From positions 1 through 61,964 of the forward strand of contig JAJZXF010000006.1 in NCBI GenBank assembly GCA_021802485.1: DNA of 61,964 bases, read 5' to 3'. Below are positions 10,924 to 19,582 of this stretch, piece by piece (within the stretch, counting starts at the first letter, position 1; every line of letters starts with the position of its first letter). Under the pieces are notes generated by a model. That model was not told the DNA's origin. It saw only the letters and a program-made list of their open reading frames with translations, and ran no database searches. This DNA comes from Actinomycetes bacterium. Its GTDB lineage: Bacteria > Actinomycetota > Acidimicrobiia > Acidimicrobiales > JAJZXF01. The position numbers and the translations under genes are program-made.

Positions 10924-13900
10924 ATGACTGAGTTCCAAACCCTGTCTAGGGGCTGGGATCATCTCGGCAACATCGAGCGGACGCTCGGAGACCTGCAGGG
11001 CGCCCGCACGGCGATCCACGAGCTGATTCAGAACGCCGACGACGCGCCGAGTGCGACGCGTATGCGTTTCCGTGTTGAGGGTGACCGGCTGGAAGTTTGG
11101 AACGACGGCGTCTTCGAACGCTGCGGCGACGTCGCATCGCCCGAGTGTGAGTGGCTCACTACACGAAGTCACCGGTGTGACTTTCACAGCTTCCGAAAGA
11201 TGGCCAGCGGCAACAAGCGCAACCGTCCGGGTACCACGGGTGCGTTCGGCGTGGGGTTCACTGCTGTCTACCAGTTCACGGATCGGCCTGAGCTGTTGTC
11301 GAACGGCGAGCACTGGATCGTCGACGAGATGGCAAGCGAGGACCGGCGCATCAGCCGGTTCGAAGGCCCGACAGTAGGCGAGGGCACGACGTTCAGGCTG
11401 CCTTGGGCACGCGAGCAATCCCTCTTCCGCGAAGCCGTACGGCAGGAGCCCATCACCGAGGCATTCGTCTCGACCTTCATGGACGAGCTCGTGACCACGG
11501 TTCCGGCCGCCATGCCCTTTCTAAAGAAGCTTCGCTCCATCGAGCTCGTCGACTCGAATCAGGCACGAACATTCACGCGGTCGGCGACTTCGGGTCGGGT
11601 GTCCGTTGTGGGTGATCAAAAGGAGCGGTTCGAGTGGGTCCTCCTCGAAGATGACTTTGAGGAGGAGGCAAGACGTTTGAAGAGTGCCCATCCCGGCGTC
11701 ATCGAGGAGGGGCGCTCTTCGCGCGTAAGTGTGGCGGTTCCGATGGGCGAGGGCGAGGCGCCTGGTCTGCTGTACGCGACGCTGCCAACAGAGGAGCCGT
11801 CGCACCTTCCGGTCTTGATTAACGCAGACTTCGTGTCGGCCTCTGACCGGAAGCGCGTCCGGTTTGACGATTCACCCGTGAGCCAATGGAACCGGCAGGC
11901 CGTGCGGACCGGAGCGCATCTCGTCGCACACAACCTGGTCCGATTAGCCGAGGCCGTAGGTGACGCCAAGTTCGTCGCGGTCGTGACCGTCGCTCGCGAT
12001 CTCGCTGGGCGGAGCGATAGCGAACGCATCGACCCGGTATTCGAGGAGTTCTGGAATCAGATCAAAATAACGATCCCAGGAGCGGCGGTGGTGCCCGCCG
12101 AAACTGGCGGGCGCGCGACCACTCTCTTCGCTCATTTAATGCCTCTTCATTCCAAAGCGGTGGTGCCCGCCGAAACTGGCTGGCGCGCGACCCCCAATGC
12201 TGTGCGACTCTGGGCCCGTGATGCTGAGGTCGCAGCTGTCGACCTTCTCGGGGAGCTTGGTGTCCGGCTTGTCGACCGCAGCGTTAGGGCCAACTGGTAC
12301 GGGCTGCTTGGAGACGTGGCTGGACTTCGCAACCTGACAGTAGGCGACCTCGTCATGGCGCTACGGCAACGCGGTCTCACCGAGCGGTGGATGCAGACTG
12401 GCGCGACCGACAGCTTGAGCGATGACCGGGATCTCGCGTTGCTTTGGGGCCTCCTCGACTTCCTCCTCTCGGTCCCCGACCGGTCGAACCAAGACAACAG
12501 GCAGGCGCTCCTCGATTGTGCGGTGGCGCCAGGCTGGGACGGAGCGATCTGGCCGCTTCGACAAGTGGTCCGCTCGGATCAGGCGACGCAAGACCTTTTC
12601 GCCGATCTGGGCGTCGCCGCGGTCTTCTTGGACGAGAGTCGCCTCGAGCGTGCCGGCAGCCTTCTCGCAGACCACATCGCCGAAGCCACGACGGACCAGG
12701 CGCTCGGATGGGCGGAAGAGATCTTTGCTGCGAACGAGAGCGACATCTCTGCAGCAGACCGGCGTCGGCTCTTGTTGTGGTTCTTCGACAAGCACAAGAG
12801 CCTGAATGACGACGAGCTGCGTCGACTCGCGCACCTACCGATTTTCCCGACTGCTGCTGGCCCAAGAGCGCTCGTCGGCCTGGCCCTTCCCGGCGACTTC
12901 ACAGACGAACTTGGACTTGCCCAGCTCGTCGATGTCGAAGCCGCGCCAGAGATGGGCCCGTTTCTGGCGAAGCTCGGGGCGAAGACGCTCGACTTCTCCC
13001 ACTACTGCACGGACTTCGTTCCAGACGCCATCTCCAGAGGAGACATCCCCGAAGACACTCGTCTCCGACTTCTCGGCCTCCTTGCCCGGAAGTTCTCGGA
13101 GGTGCAGGACAACAGCGCCGTGTGTGACACACTCGGCCCGCTCCCCCTGGTGCCTTGCCGTGATCGCCAGTGGCGCACGGGCGACGAGGTCTACCTAGAC
13201 GACGACGTGCGGGTGATCGTCGGCGACGACATCAACGTGGCTACCACTCCGTCAGTCAACCCCACTGCCCACCGAGACCTCTTCGCCTGGCTCGGCGCGG
13301 CAAGCGCGCCACGTTCGCGGGACATCGAGGCCCGCTGTCAACAGTTGAGGTCCGGAGCCCGGAATCACCGATCAATTGCCGAGGCGATTGTGTCCCACGT
13401 CGGACATCGCTACGCCGCCGACTCCGATGCGGTCGTCGTTCAGTTTGCGCGCCTTCGCGAGATCCCATGGCTTCCGGCCGAAGGCGACACCGCTTTGAGA
13501 GGCCACCCCCCGAGCTCCTTGTTCGCCGCCTTCAGCAAGTACCTATTCGCGAGCCAAGCCCGATTCGTGGACCTCGCCCTCAAGGTTCAGCAGGACAACA
13601 GCGACTTCCTGAAGTGGCTCGGAGTCGTCGACCAACCCTCGCCGCAGCAGGTAGTCGACCATCTCTTGTGGTGTGTCGAGCGGGGTCGGCCCGTCAGTGA
13701 GGGGACGTGGATCTACCTTAACCAGCGAGCAGACGACCCCGCTCTCGACGCGCTGGAGGACCGTCCGTGCCTGCTCATCGCGGAGACCGGAACGTACGTA
13801 AAGCCCTGTCAGGTGTACTGGGGAGGACACCCCTTCGGGAGGTTCCGGTACCAGCTCGGGCCGAAGTTTGCCGAGTACAGGGCGCTGCTCAAGCGCCTTC

Positions 13901-16011
13901 GGGTGCGTCAGAACCCGGACCCAGCCGATGCCGTCGATGTCCTCCTCGATGTCGCAGCCCATCATGGTGGAGAGCAAGCCCCACTATTGGAGGAGGACAG
14001 GCGGGTCGTCAACGCGTGCTGGCGGCTCTTGTCCGCTGGCCTTGAGTCAGAAGACCTCATGGGAACACAGCTTCGGGACCTCACGTCCGCAGAGGTTGTC
14101 CTCGATGGTCGCGGTTGGTTGAGCAAGCCGACCGGGGTCTTCTTTCGCGACGTCCAAACGCTGGCCGAGCGGTTCGGACCCGCGGTACAGGGCCAGCTCA
14201 TCGATCGCCCGGATGGTCAGTGGCGAGCTCTCGCTGCTGCTGGCGTTCGGGACCTCAGTGACGCTGTCGAGACGCGAATCCTCGAAGAGGAAGACGCCGA
14301 TGACGGCGGCGTCGTCGTCGCTCGGCTGACCGATCGCAGGCGCCTGATTTTAAGGGTCCTGGCCGCTGATGACGTCGAGGCTGCCGAGAAGCTCAACGAG
14401 TTCGAGGCCCGCGTTCGCCTCGTTCGCTTGACCAGGCTTGTCATCGATCAGGCCATCGATCTCGGTGGATCAGTTCACCGCACGCAGCCGTTCGACCGAG
14501 GGGCGCTCTACCGCCCCGAAGTAGGCGCTCTCTGTTACGTCGAGTCAAGCCAGCCCGCGAGTTGGGTGGAGGTGGCCCGCGAGCTGACCCGAGCGATCAA
14601 GGTCGACGGATCGCGAGCGCCCCACGTTGCCGGGGCGCTACGAGGTGTACTTGCGGCTGCAAGCGATGAGGAAGCTCGGCGTGAACTCGACGAGCTCGGC
14701 TACCGAGCCGTGGACGAGGCAAGTGCCGCGGAAGCCGAACCGACTGTCGCGTCTGGATTCGGTGGCGGGCCGTCACCGGACGACCAGGATCAAGACTCAA
14801 AGGCCTCCAATGCCGCGGACGCGGACGGCGAGCCGGACCGCGAGGGCTTACCCGCTCAGGCAGCGTGCGGCTCCGACGGGACAGAGGAGCCTTCAGCAGA
14901 GGGTGCTGGTGGCACCAGGGCGATCGGACGTACCGGGAGCTCGCGGGGCGGCGACGCCGGAAACGGCACGGCGGAGACCGTGGCTGGAACGGCCAGCTCG
15001 GACGCGACCGGAGGCTCCGCTACGGCGGGGACTTCTAGCAAGGCGGGCACGGCGGACTCAAGCAACCGGCGTCACGCGTCGGCGACGTCGACCCAGACCC
15101 GTCTGCGGTCCTACGTCAGCCCGAAGGGTCCTGCCAGCCAGTCTCCGTACGACGGGTCCGATGAGGACGAAGAGGTTGAACGCGCTGGTGTCGCAGCGGT
15201 GCTGGACTACGAGCGGATGCAGGGTCGAGTACCGAAGGAGATGCCACCCCTCAACCCCGGCTTCGACGTCCGAAGCGTCGACGCAGATGAGCGGGTCCGG
15301 TTTATCGAGGTCAAGTCCAGCGCGGCCGTCTGGGGCGAGCGTGGTGTCGCGATGTCAAGCATGCAGTTCGACACAGCCCTCAAGAAGCGAGAGGACTTTT
15401 GGCTCTACGTTGTTGATCGGGCGCTGTCGAAGCCTACCGTCCACCCCATCAACGACCCCGCATCGAAGGTTGATCAATACTTCTTCGACGATGGCTGGCA
15501 GGCCGTTGTCGAATTCGAACACCTCGAGCGCCCACCCTTCGAACCGATCGACCTGTTCCCCGCTCCGAGCGCCCCAACCGGCGCAGTGCCATTCTTCGAC
15601 GCGCACAATGATGAGATGGGGGATCCGTCGGCCGCCGATGGGTGGGTCATGTGGGACGGCTACCACTCGGGCCGTGCCGACTTTTTCGCAGTTCGGATCG
15701 CTGGCTACGGTCTCGGTCTACCCTTTTACGGAGGTGCGGCTCTCGTCGAGCCGCTCGACCGCGAGCCCGAGGACGACGAACTGGTCTGCGTCATGCTCCA
15801 CAACCAGATTGATCCAGACTCGAGGTCCGCTCGCTCACTGAGGCGCTGGACCCCAGAGCGGGACCTGAACGGCAAGCACCTAGGCCTGCGGCTCACGACC
15901 GACGGCAGCGTCGAGCCACTAACCGTCACCGCTCCTGGGGATCTGGTGGTCCTTGGTGCCGTGCGGGCGAAGGCGCGACCAACGGACCTCCGAGCGTCAG
16001 AGGACCAATGA
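10924..16011 (+). CDS. Sacsin-like GHKL ATPase / DUF3883 (NOV_C) nuclease multidomain protein, Tiamat-like candidate defence protein
   Basis: GHKL motifs ELIQNADDA, WNDG, GAFGVGF, GTTFRLP; sacsin-like internal P-x3-G repeats; DUF3883 motif NPGFDVRS...FIEVKS near the C-terminus; terminal S24-like domain. Confidence 0.85.
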   Translation: MTEFQTLSRGWDHLGNIERTLGDLQGARTAIHELIQNADDAPSATRMRFRVEGDRLEVWNDGVFERCGDVASPECEWLTTRSHRCDFHSFRKMASGNKRNRPGTTGAFGVGFTAVYQFTDRPELLSNGEHWIVDEMASEDRRISRFEGPTVGEGTTFRLPWAREQSLFREAVRQEPITEAFVSTFMDELVTTVPAAMPFLKKLRSIELVDSNQARTFTRSATSGRVSVVGDQKERFEWVLLEDDFEEEARRLKSAHPGVIEEGRSSRVSVAVPMGEGEAPGLLYATLPTEEPSHLPVLINADFVSASDRKRVRFDDSPVSQWNRQAVRTGAHLVAHNLVRLAEAVGDAKFVAVVTVARDLAGRSDSERIDPVFEEFWNQIKITIPGAAVVPAETGGRATTLFAHLMPLHSKAVVPAETGWRATPNAVRLWARDAEVAAVDLLGELGVRLVDRSVRANWYGLLGDVAGLRNLTVGDLVMALRQRGLTERWMQTGATDSLSDDRDLALLWGLLDFLLSVPDRSNQDNRQALLDCAVAPGWDGAIWPLRQVVRSDQATQDLFADLGVAAVFLDESRLERAGSLLADHIAEATTDQALGWAEEIFAANESDISAADRRRLLLWFFDKHKSLNDDELRRLAHLPIFPTAAGPRALVGLALPGDFTDELGLAQLVDVEAAPEMGPFLAKLGAKTLDFSHYCTDFVPDAISRGDIPEDTRLRLLGLLARKFSEVQDNSAVCDTLGPLPLVPCRDRQWRTGDEVYLDDDVRVIVGDDINVATTPSVNPTAHRDLFAWLGAASAPRSRDIEARCQQLRSGARNHRSIAEAIVSHVGHRYAADSDAVVVQFARLREIPWLPAEGDTALRGHPPSSLFAAFSKYLFASQARFVDLALKVQQDNSDFLKWLGVVDQPSPQQVVDHLLWCVERGRPVSEGTWIYLNQRADDPALDALEDRPCLLIAETGTYVKPCQVYWGGHPFGRFRYQLGPKFAEYRALLKRLRVRQNPDPADAVDVLLDVAAHHGGEQAPLLEEDRRVVNACWRLLSAGLESEDLMGTQLRDLTSAEVVLDGRGWLSKPTGVFFRDVQTLAERFGPAVQGQLIDRPDGQWRALAAAGVRDLSDAVETRILEEEDADDGGVVVARLTDRRRLILRVLAADDVEAAEKLNEFEARVRLVRLTRLVIDQAIDLGGSVHRTQPFDRGALYRPEVGALCYVESSQPASWVEVARELTRAIKVDGSRAPHVAGALRGVLAAASDEEARRELDELGYRAVDEASAAEAEPTVASGFGGGPSPDDQDQDSKASNAADADGEPDREGLPAQAACGSDGTEEPSAEGAGGTRAIGRTGSSRGGDAGNGTAETVAGTASSDATGGSATAGTSSKAGTADSSNRRHASATSTQTRLRSYVSPKGPASQSPYDGSDEDEEVERAGVAAVLDYERMQGRVPKEMPPLNPGFDVRSVDADERVRFIEVKSSAAVWGERGVAMSSMQFDTALKKREDFWLYVVDRALSKPTVHPINDPASKVDQYFFDDGWQAVVEFEHLERPPFEPIDLFPAPSAPTGAVPFFDAHNDEMGDPSAADGWVMWDGYHSGRADFFAVRIAGYGLGLPFYGGAALVEPLDREPEDDELVCVMLHNQIDPDSRSARSLRRWTPERDLNGKHLGLRLTTDGSVEPLTVTAPGDLVVLGAVRAKARPTDLRASEDQ
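12085..12192 (+). repeat. 36-bp direct repeat / 36-bp unique AT-rich spacer / 36-bp repeat (CRISPR-like single unit, in frame within a CDS)
   Basis: gcggtggtgcccgccgaaactggc(g/t)ggcgcgcgacc at 12085-12120 and 12157-12192 (1 mismatch); spacer 12121-12156 has 14/36 G+C; repeat 1 contains the hairpin gcccgcc-gaaact-ggcgggc. Confidence 0.9.
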
Positions 16012-16018
16012 TGCCGAT

Positions 16019-18766
16019 ATGACCGTCGGTGGACTGTCAGCGCCCGTGCTCGAGGGTGACGCACTTGCAGCAGTGCGCCATCGAGGTACGCATATACAGA
16101 TCATCGCCGCTGCCGGGTCCGGCAAGACGGAGGTGGTTAGCCAACGAGTCGTCGACCTTCTGGCGGAGGGCGTTGCAGCTCGCGGGATCGTCGCGTTCAC
16201 GTTCACCCAACGCGCGGCGGAGGAGCTGAAGAGTCGTGTCAACCGACGCGTCGAGGAGCGTCTCGGACGAACCGCACTCGATCTTCTCGGCGGACTCTTC
16301 GTCGGCACCATCCACGCCTACTGCTTCAGGCTCCTTCAGCAGCATGTACCCCGCTTCGAGACCTACGACATCCTCGACGACAACCAGCTCACGGCCTTTC
16401 TAACGAGGGAGGCGAATCGCCTCGCGATCCGCCAGCTCGATCCGGCGGGCCGCGATCGACTCTTCGTTGCGATTAAAGCCTTCCTGAAGAGCGTCGATGT
16501 TGTCGAGAACGAACTCCTCGATCCAACCGCTATGCCCGAGCCGTTCCAGACCGTGCTGACCGACTACCTCGCAGCGCTGGAGCGGTATCGCTTGCTTACG
16601 TACGGACAGCAGATCGTCAGCGCTGTCCGGGAGCTCGAGCGACCAGAAGTAGCCGCCACTGTTCGCGCCGAGCTGCGGCACCTGATCGTCGACGAATATC
16701 AAGACGTCAATCCTTCACAGGAGCGCCTAATTGAGCTCCTCGCCGGCCCCGCTGTCCACCTGTGCGTCGTGGGCGACGACGACCAGGCGATCTATCAGTG
16801 GCGGGGCTCGGACGTTGCGAACATCGTGAGCTTCACCGACCGATACCCAGACGTCACTACGTTCACCATTGCGAAGAACCGGCGGAGCAGACCCGACATC
16901 ATCCGGCGGGCAAACCAGTTCGCGGCCACCATTCCCGGTCGGCTCGACAAGACAATGGAGACCTATCGCCCAGCGGGCGGCGGGCCCGAGATCGTGGTGT
17001 GGAATTCGCCGACCGAGCTCGACGAGGCCGGCTGGATCGCGCAGCTCATCCTCGACCTCGCGAACGAGGGCGTCCCTTATCGCGACATCGCCATCCTCGT
17101 CCGCACCAGCGCGGCGTACCCACGGCTCGTCGATCAGCTCGCGACCTTCGACATCCCAGTCCAGCCCGGAGGAAGGACGGGGCTGTTCGAACAACGAGAG
17201 GCTGAAGTACTCGGCAAGGCCGTTGTCTGGCTGACAGGGCTCGACTGGCGCTCCGGATTCGCACGAGGCACGCCGGTCACCGACGACAGTCTGCTCGACG
17301 ACTTCCAACGCGTCTTTCAGCTCGACCTCGCAGGGCGCACCCGGGTCGGCCGCTTCCTTCGGCAGTGGAAGGCTGTCGTCCCACGAACCGATCGTCGAGC
17401 TGACCTCGTGGGTGAGTTCTACGAGCTCTTGGCCGAGCTCGAAGTCCGGGAGTGGGACCTTGCCGACGCACGCCAGGTGAACCGCCTGGGCACGTTGGCA
17501 CGCTTCTCATCGCTGCTCACCGACTACGAGTCGGTTCGACGTCGTGCCCGTCCGGACGCGGACATTGCCGGCGAGCAAGTCGGCGGCGAGGATCGCGGCA
17601 CGTGGTATTACAAGAACCTCGGCCTCCACATCATCAACTACGCGGGCGGCGCCTACGAAGGCTTTGACGGCGAACCCGACTTTGCACTGAACGCCGTCGA
17701 TCTCACGACCGTCCACCGGGCCAAGGGCCTCGAATGGCCTGTCGTGTTCGTGCCGTCGCTGACAGCGAACCGCTTTCCGACGACGAAGGCGGGACAGCGC
17801 CAACAGTGGCTCGTGCCACGAGAATGGTTTGCTGCAGCCCGGTACGAGGGCGGCGACGCCGACGAACGCAGGCTCTTCTACGTCGCCACGACCCGCGCTC
17901 GGGACTTGCTGTCCCTCTCGCGGCACGGCCGCGTCAACGTCCAGGCTGCCGCACCGAGCCCCTACTGGCTCGAACACAGAGACCTTGAAGTCGACCCCGG
18001 CAACATTGCCGCGTCCAACATCGAAGCCGTCCACGTGTCCGATGAGGACCCGATCTCGGTCAGCTACAACGAGATGGCCTCGTTCCTCGACTGTGCGCAG
18101 GCCTACCGGCTCCGCGCCCTCCTCGGTTTCGAGCCTCGCCTCGCCCCGGAACTCGGCTACGGGAAGGCTGTTCACCACGTGCTCCGGACGGTGGCCGAAG
18201 CGACGAAGGAAACAGGAGCCGTGCCGACACCCTCGGACGTCGACGCGATTCTCGCCTCAAGCTTCTTCTTGCCCACCGCTAACAAGCCAGCCCATCGCCA
18301 GCTGAAGGAGGCCGCCCGGCGCCTCGTCAACGAGTACACGGCCTCGCACGGCGACGACCTTTTCCGAATCTGGGAGACCGAGCGACCCTTCGAGCTCCAT
18401 CTCGACGGCGTCACCATCAACGGCCGGGCCGACGTGATCCTCGACCGCGAGGGGGGCGTTGACACCGCGCTCGCCATCCTCGACTACAAGACTTCCACCA
18501 GCGCGATGTCAGAGCACGAGCTGCAGCTCCAAGTCTATGCCGACGCGGGTCGACGCGAGGGCCTTGACGTCCGGGCTGCCTACGTTCACGATCTCAAAGC
18601 CGGCGTTCGCTGCACAGTGCCGGTCGACCCAGCGGCGATCGATCAGGTAGAGCGTACGGTTACCGAGGCCGCGGTGCGGCTGCGCCAGCGCGACTACCAG
18701 CCGAACCCTGGGCCCCGCTGCCGACGTTGTGAAGTCCGCTTGGTCTGCCGTGCAGCCGTGCCGTAG
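16019..18766 (+). CDS. UvrD/REP-family SF1 helicase fused to a PD-(D/E)XK (AddB/Cas4-like, Fe-S) nuclease
   Basis: AAAGSGKT, VDEYQD, GDDDQAIYQWRG, TVHRAKGLEW, ERRLFYVATTRA; C-terminal GRAD..ILDYKT..QLQVYA with Cys set C...CxxC-x5-C. ATG 16019 preferred over 15953. Confidence 0.92.
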   Translation: MTVGGLSAPVLEGDALAAVRHRGTHIQIIAAAGSGKTEVVSQRVVDLLAEGVAARGIVAFTFTQRAAEELKSRVNRRVEERLGRTALDLLGGLFVGTIHAYCFRLLQQHVPRFETYDILDDNQLTAFLTREANRLAIRQLDPAGRDRLFVAIKAFLKSVDVVENELLDPTAMPEPFQTVLTDYLAALERYRLLTYGQQIVSAVRELERPEVAATVRAELRHLIVDEYQDVNPSQERLIELLAGPAVHLCVVGDDDQAIYQWRGSDVANIVSFTDRYPDVTTFTIAKNRRSRPDIIRRANQFAATIPGRLDKTMETYRPAGGGPEIVVWNSPTELDEAGWIAQLILDLANEGVPYRDIAILVRTSAAYPRLVDQLATFDIPVQPGGRTGLFEQREAEVLGKAVVWLTGLDWRSGFARGTPVTDDSLLDDFQRVFQLDLAGRTRVGRFLRQWKAVVPRTDRRADLVGEFYELLAELEVREWDLADARQVNRLGTLARFSSLLTDYESVRRRARPDADIAGEQVGGEDRGTWYYKNLGLHIINYAGGAYEGFDGEPDFALNAVDLTTVHRAKGLEWPVVFVPSLTANRFPTTKAGQRQQWLVPREWFAAARYEGGDADERRLFYVATTRARDLLSLSRHGRVNVQAAAPSPYWLEHRDLEVDPGNIAASNIEAVHVSDEDPISVSYNEMASFLDCAQAYRLRALLGFEPRLAPELGYGKAVHHVLRTVAEATKETGAVPTPSDVDAILASSFFLPTANKPAHRQLKEAARRLVNEYTASHGDDLFRIWETERPFELHLDGVTINGRADVILDREGGVDTALAILDYKTSTSAMSEHELQLQVYADAGRREGLDVRAAYVHDLKAGVRCTVPVDPAAIDQVERTVTEAAVRLRQRDYQPNPGPRCRRCEVRLVCRAAVP

Positions 18767-18858
18767 CCATCGCGAGAGACCCGAGTCACTCGGTGCGCGA
18801 GCAGGAGCTCCGGATTTCCGCGGGACGCCCATTGCCGCGGGCGATGCTGCCGTTCGCA

Positions 18859-19095
18859 TGTCGACCGCCACGCTAAATGAGCACGGGGAGACATTCAACG
18901 TGAGCACGGCCGGCACCAACGCCATGGCCACATTGTGCGTCGCCTCTCGTTCCTGTCAAGGCCGAAAGTCCAGCACGTGAGGGTCGTCTGCGGCCTTGAC
19001 AGTTTCCTCGTCGGCGACGATGTAGGCGTCCATGCGATGGATTCCATCCTCGCGCTCTGTGTCGTTGTCGTGATCAAATGACCTGTCGCCCAACA
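18859..19095. mobile_element. 237-bp non-autonomous IS21-like element (MITE), copy 1
   Basis: Near-identical to 53228-53464; TGT...ACA termini with imperfect ~28-bp inverted repeats; subterminal direct repeat tgagcacgg at 18878 and 18901. Confidence 0.75.
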
Positions 19096-19348
19096 CCGCA
19101 CGGCAAGGAACTACCTCAAGCGATGGGGGCGGGCTGCGCCGGGTTTGGACCGCGCGGCGCTCGGTATCGGCTGCGATCATTGCCTCGCGCTCGGCGTCGG
19201 CCAAGGGTGCCCGCCCGTCGCTGGGTGGCTGAGCCGATGACCGACGCAAGGAACGGCGCGATCGGTCGGCTGAGCTCTGGCGAGAACGGGCTGTGCTGGG
19301 CCAACAGCAAGCAGCGGAGCCAGCGCCCACGGGTCGCCACCGAGGAGC

Positions 19349-19582
19349 CCTGACGAGGTATCGGAGACTCTGCCAAGCGCAGTCCGCTTCGTCGAGGAGT
19401 CGGCGACGGCTCCCGGAGTTCGAACCCCACAGCTGGGCGCGTCGCAAGCGATCTTGGCGCAGCGGTCTATGGAGACGGCAGAGCCCATCACGATCGTGAT
19501 GCCAACGGGCACGGGGAAGACGGAGACCATGGTAGCGACATTCTGCCACTCGTCAGAGAGTCGACTTTCGCTGTCTAGCTGA
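19349..19582 (+). pseudogene. Truncated SF2 (DEAD/DEAH, ResIII-like) helicase N-terminal fragment
   Basis: Manual translation gives PGVRTPQLGASQAILA...PITIVMPTGTGKTETM (Q motif plus Walker A at 19499-19522), then a stop; not in the ORF track. Confidence 0.7.

Noticed and set aside
12085-12192. Calling this a bona fide CRISPR array
   Set aside because: Only two repeats, inside an intact CDS, with no leader, no cas genes and no typical GAAAC-type end; reported as a CRISPR-like unit instead.
14627-15841. 404-aa alternative-frame ORF inside the sacsin-like gene
   Set aside because: R/P/S/T-rich shadow frame typical of high-GC coding DNA, with no motifs.
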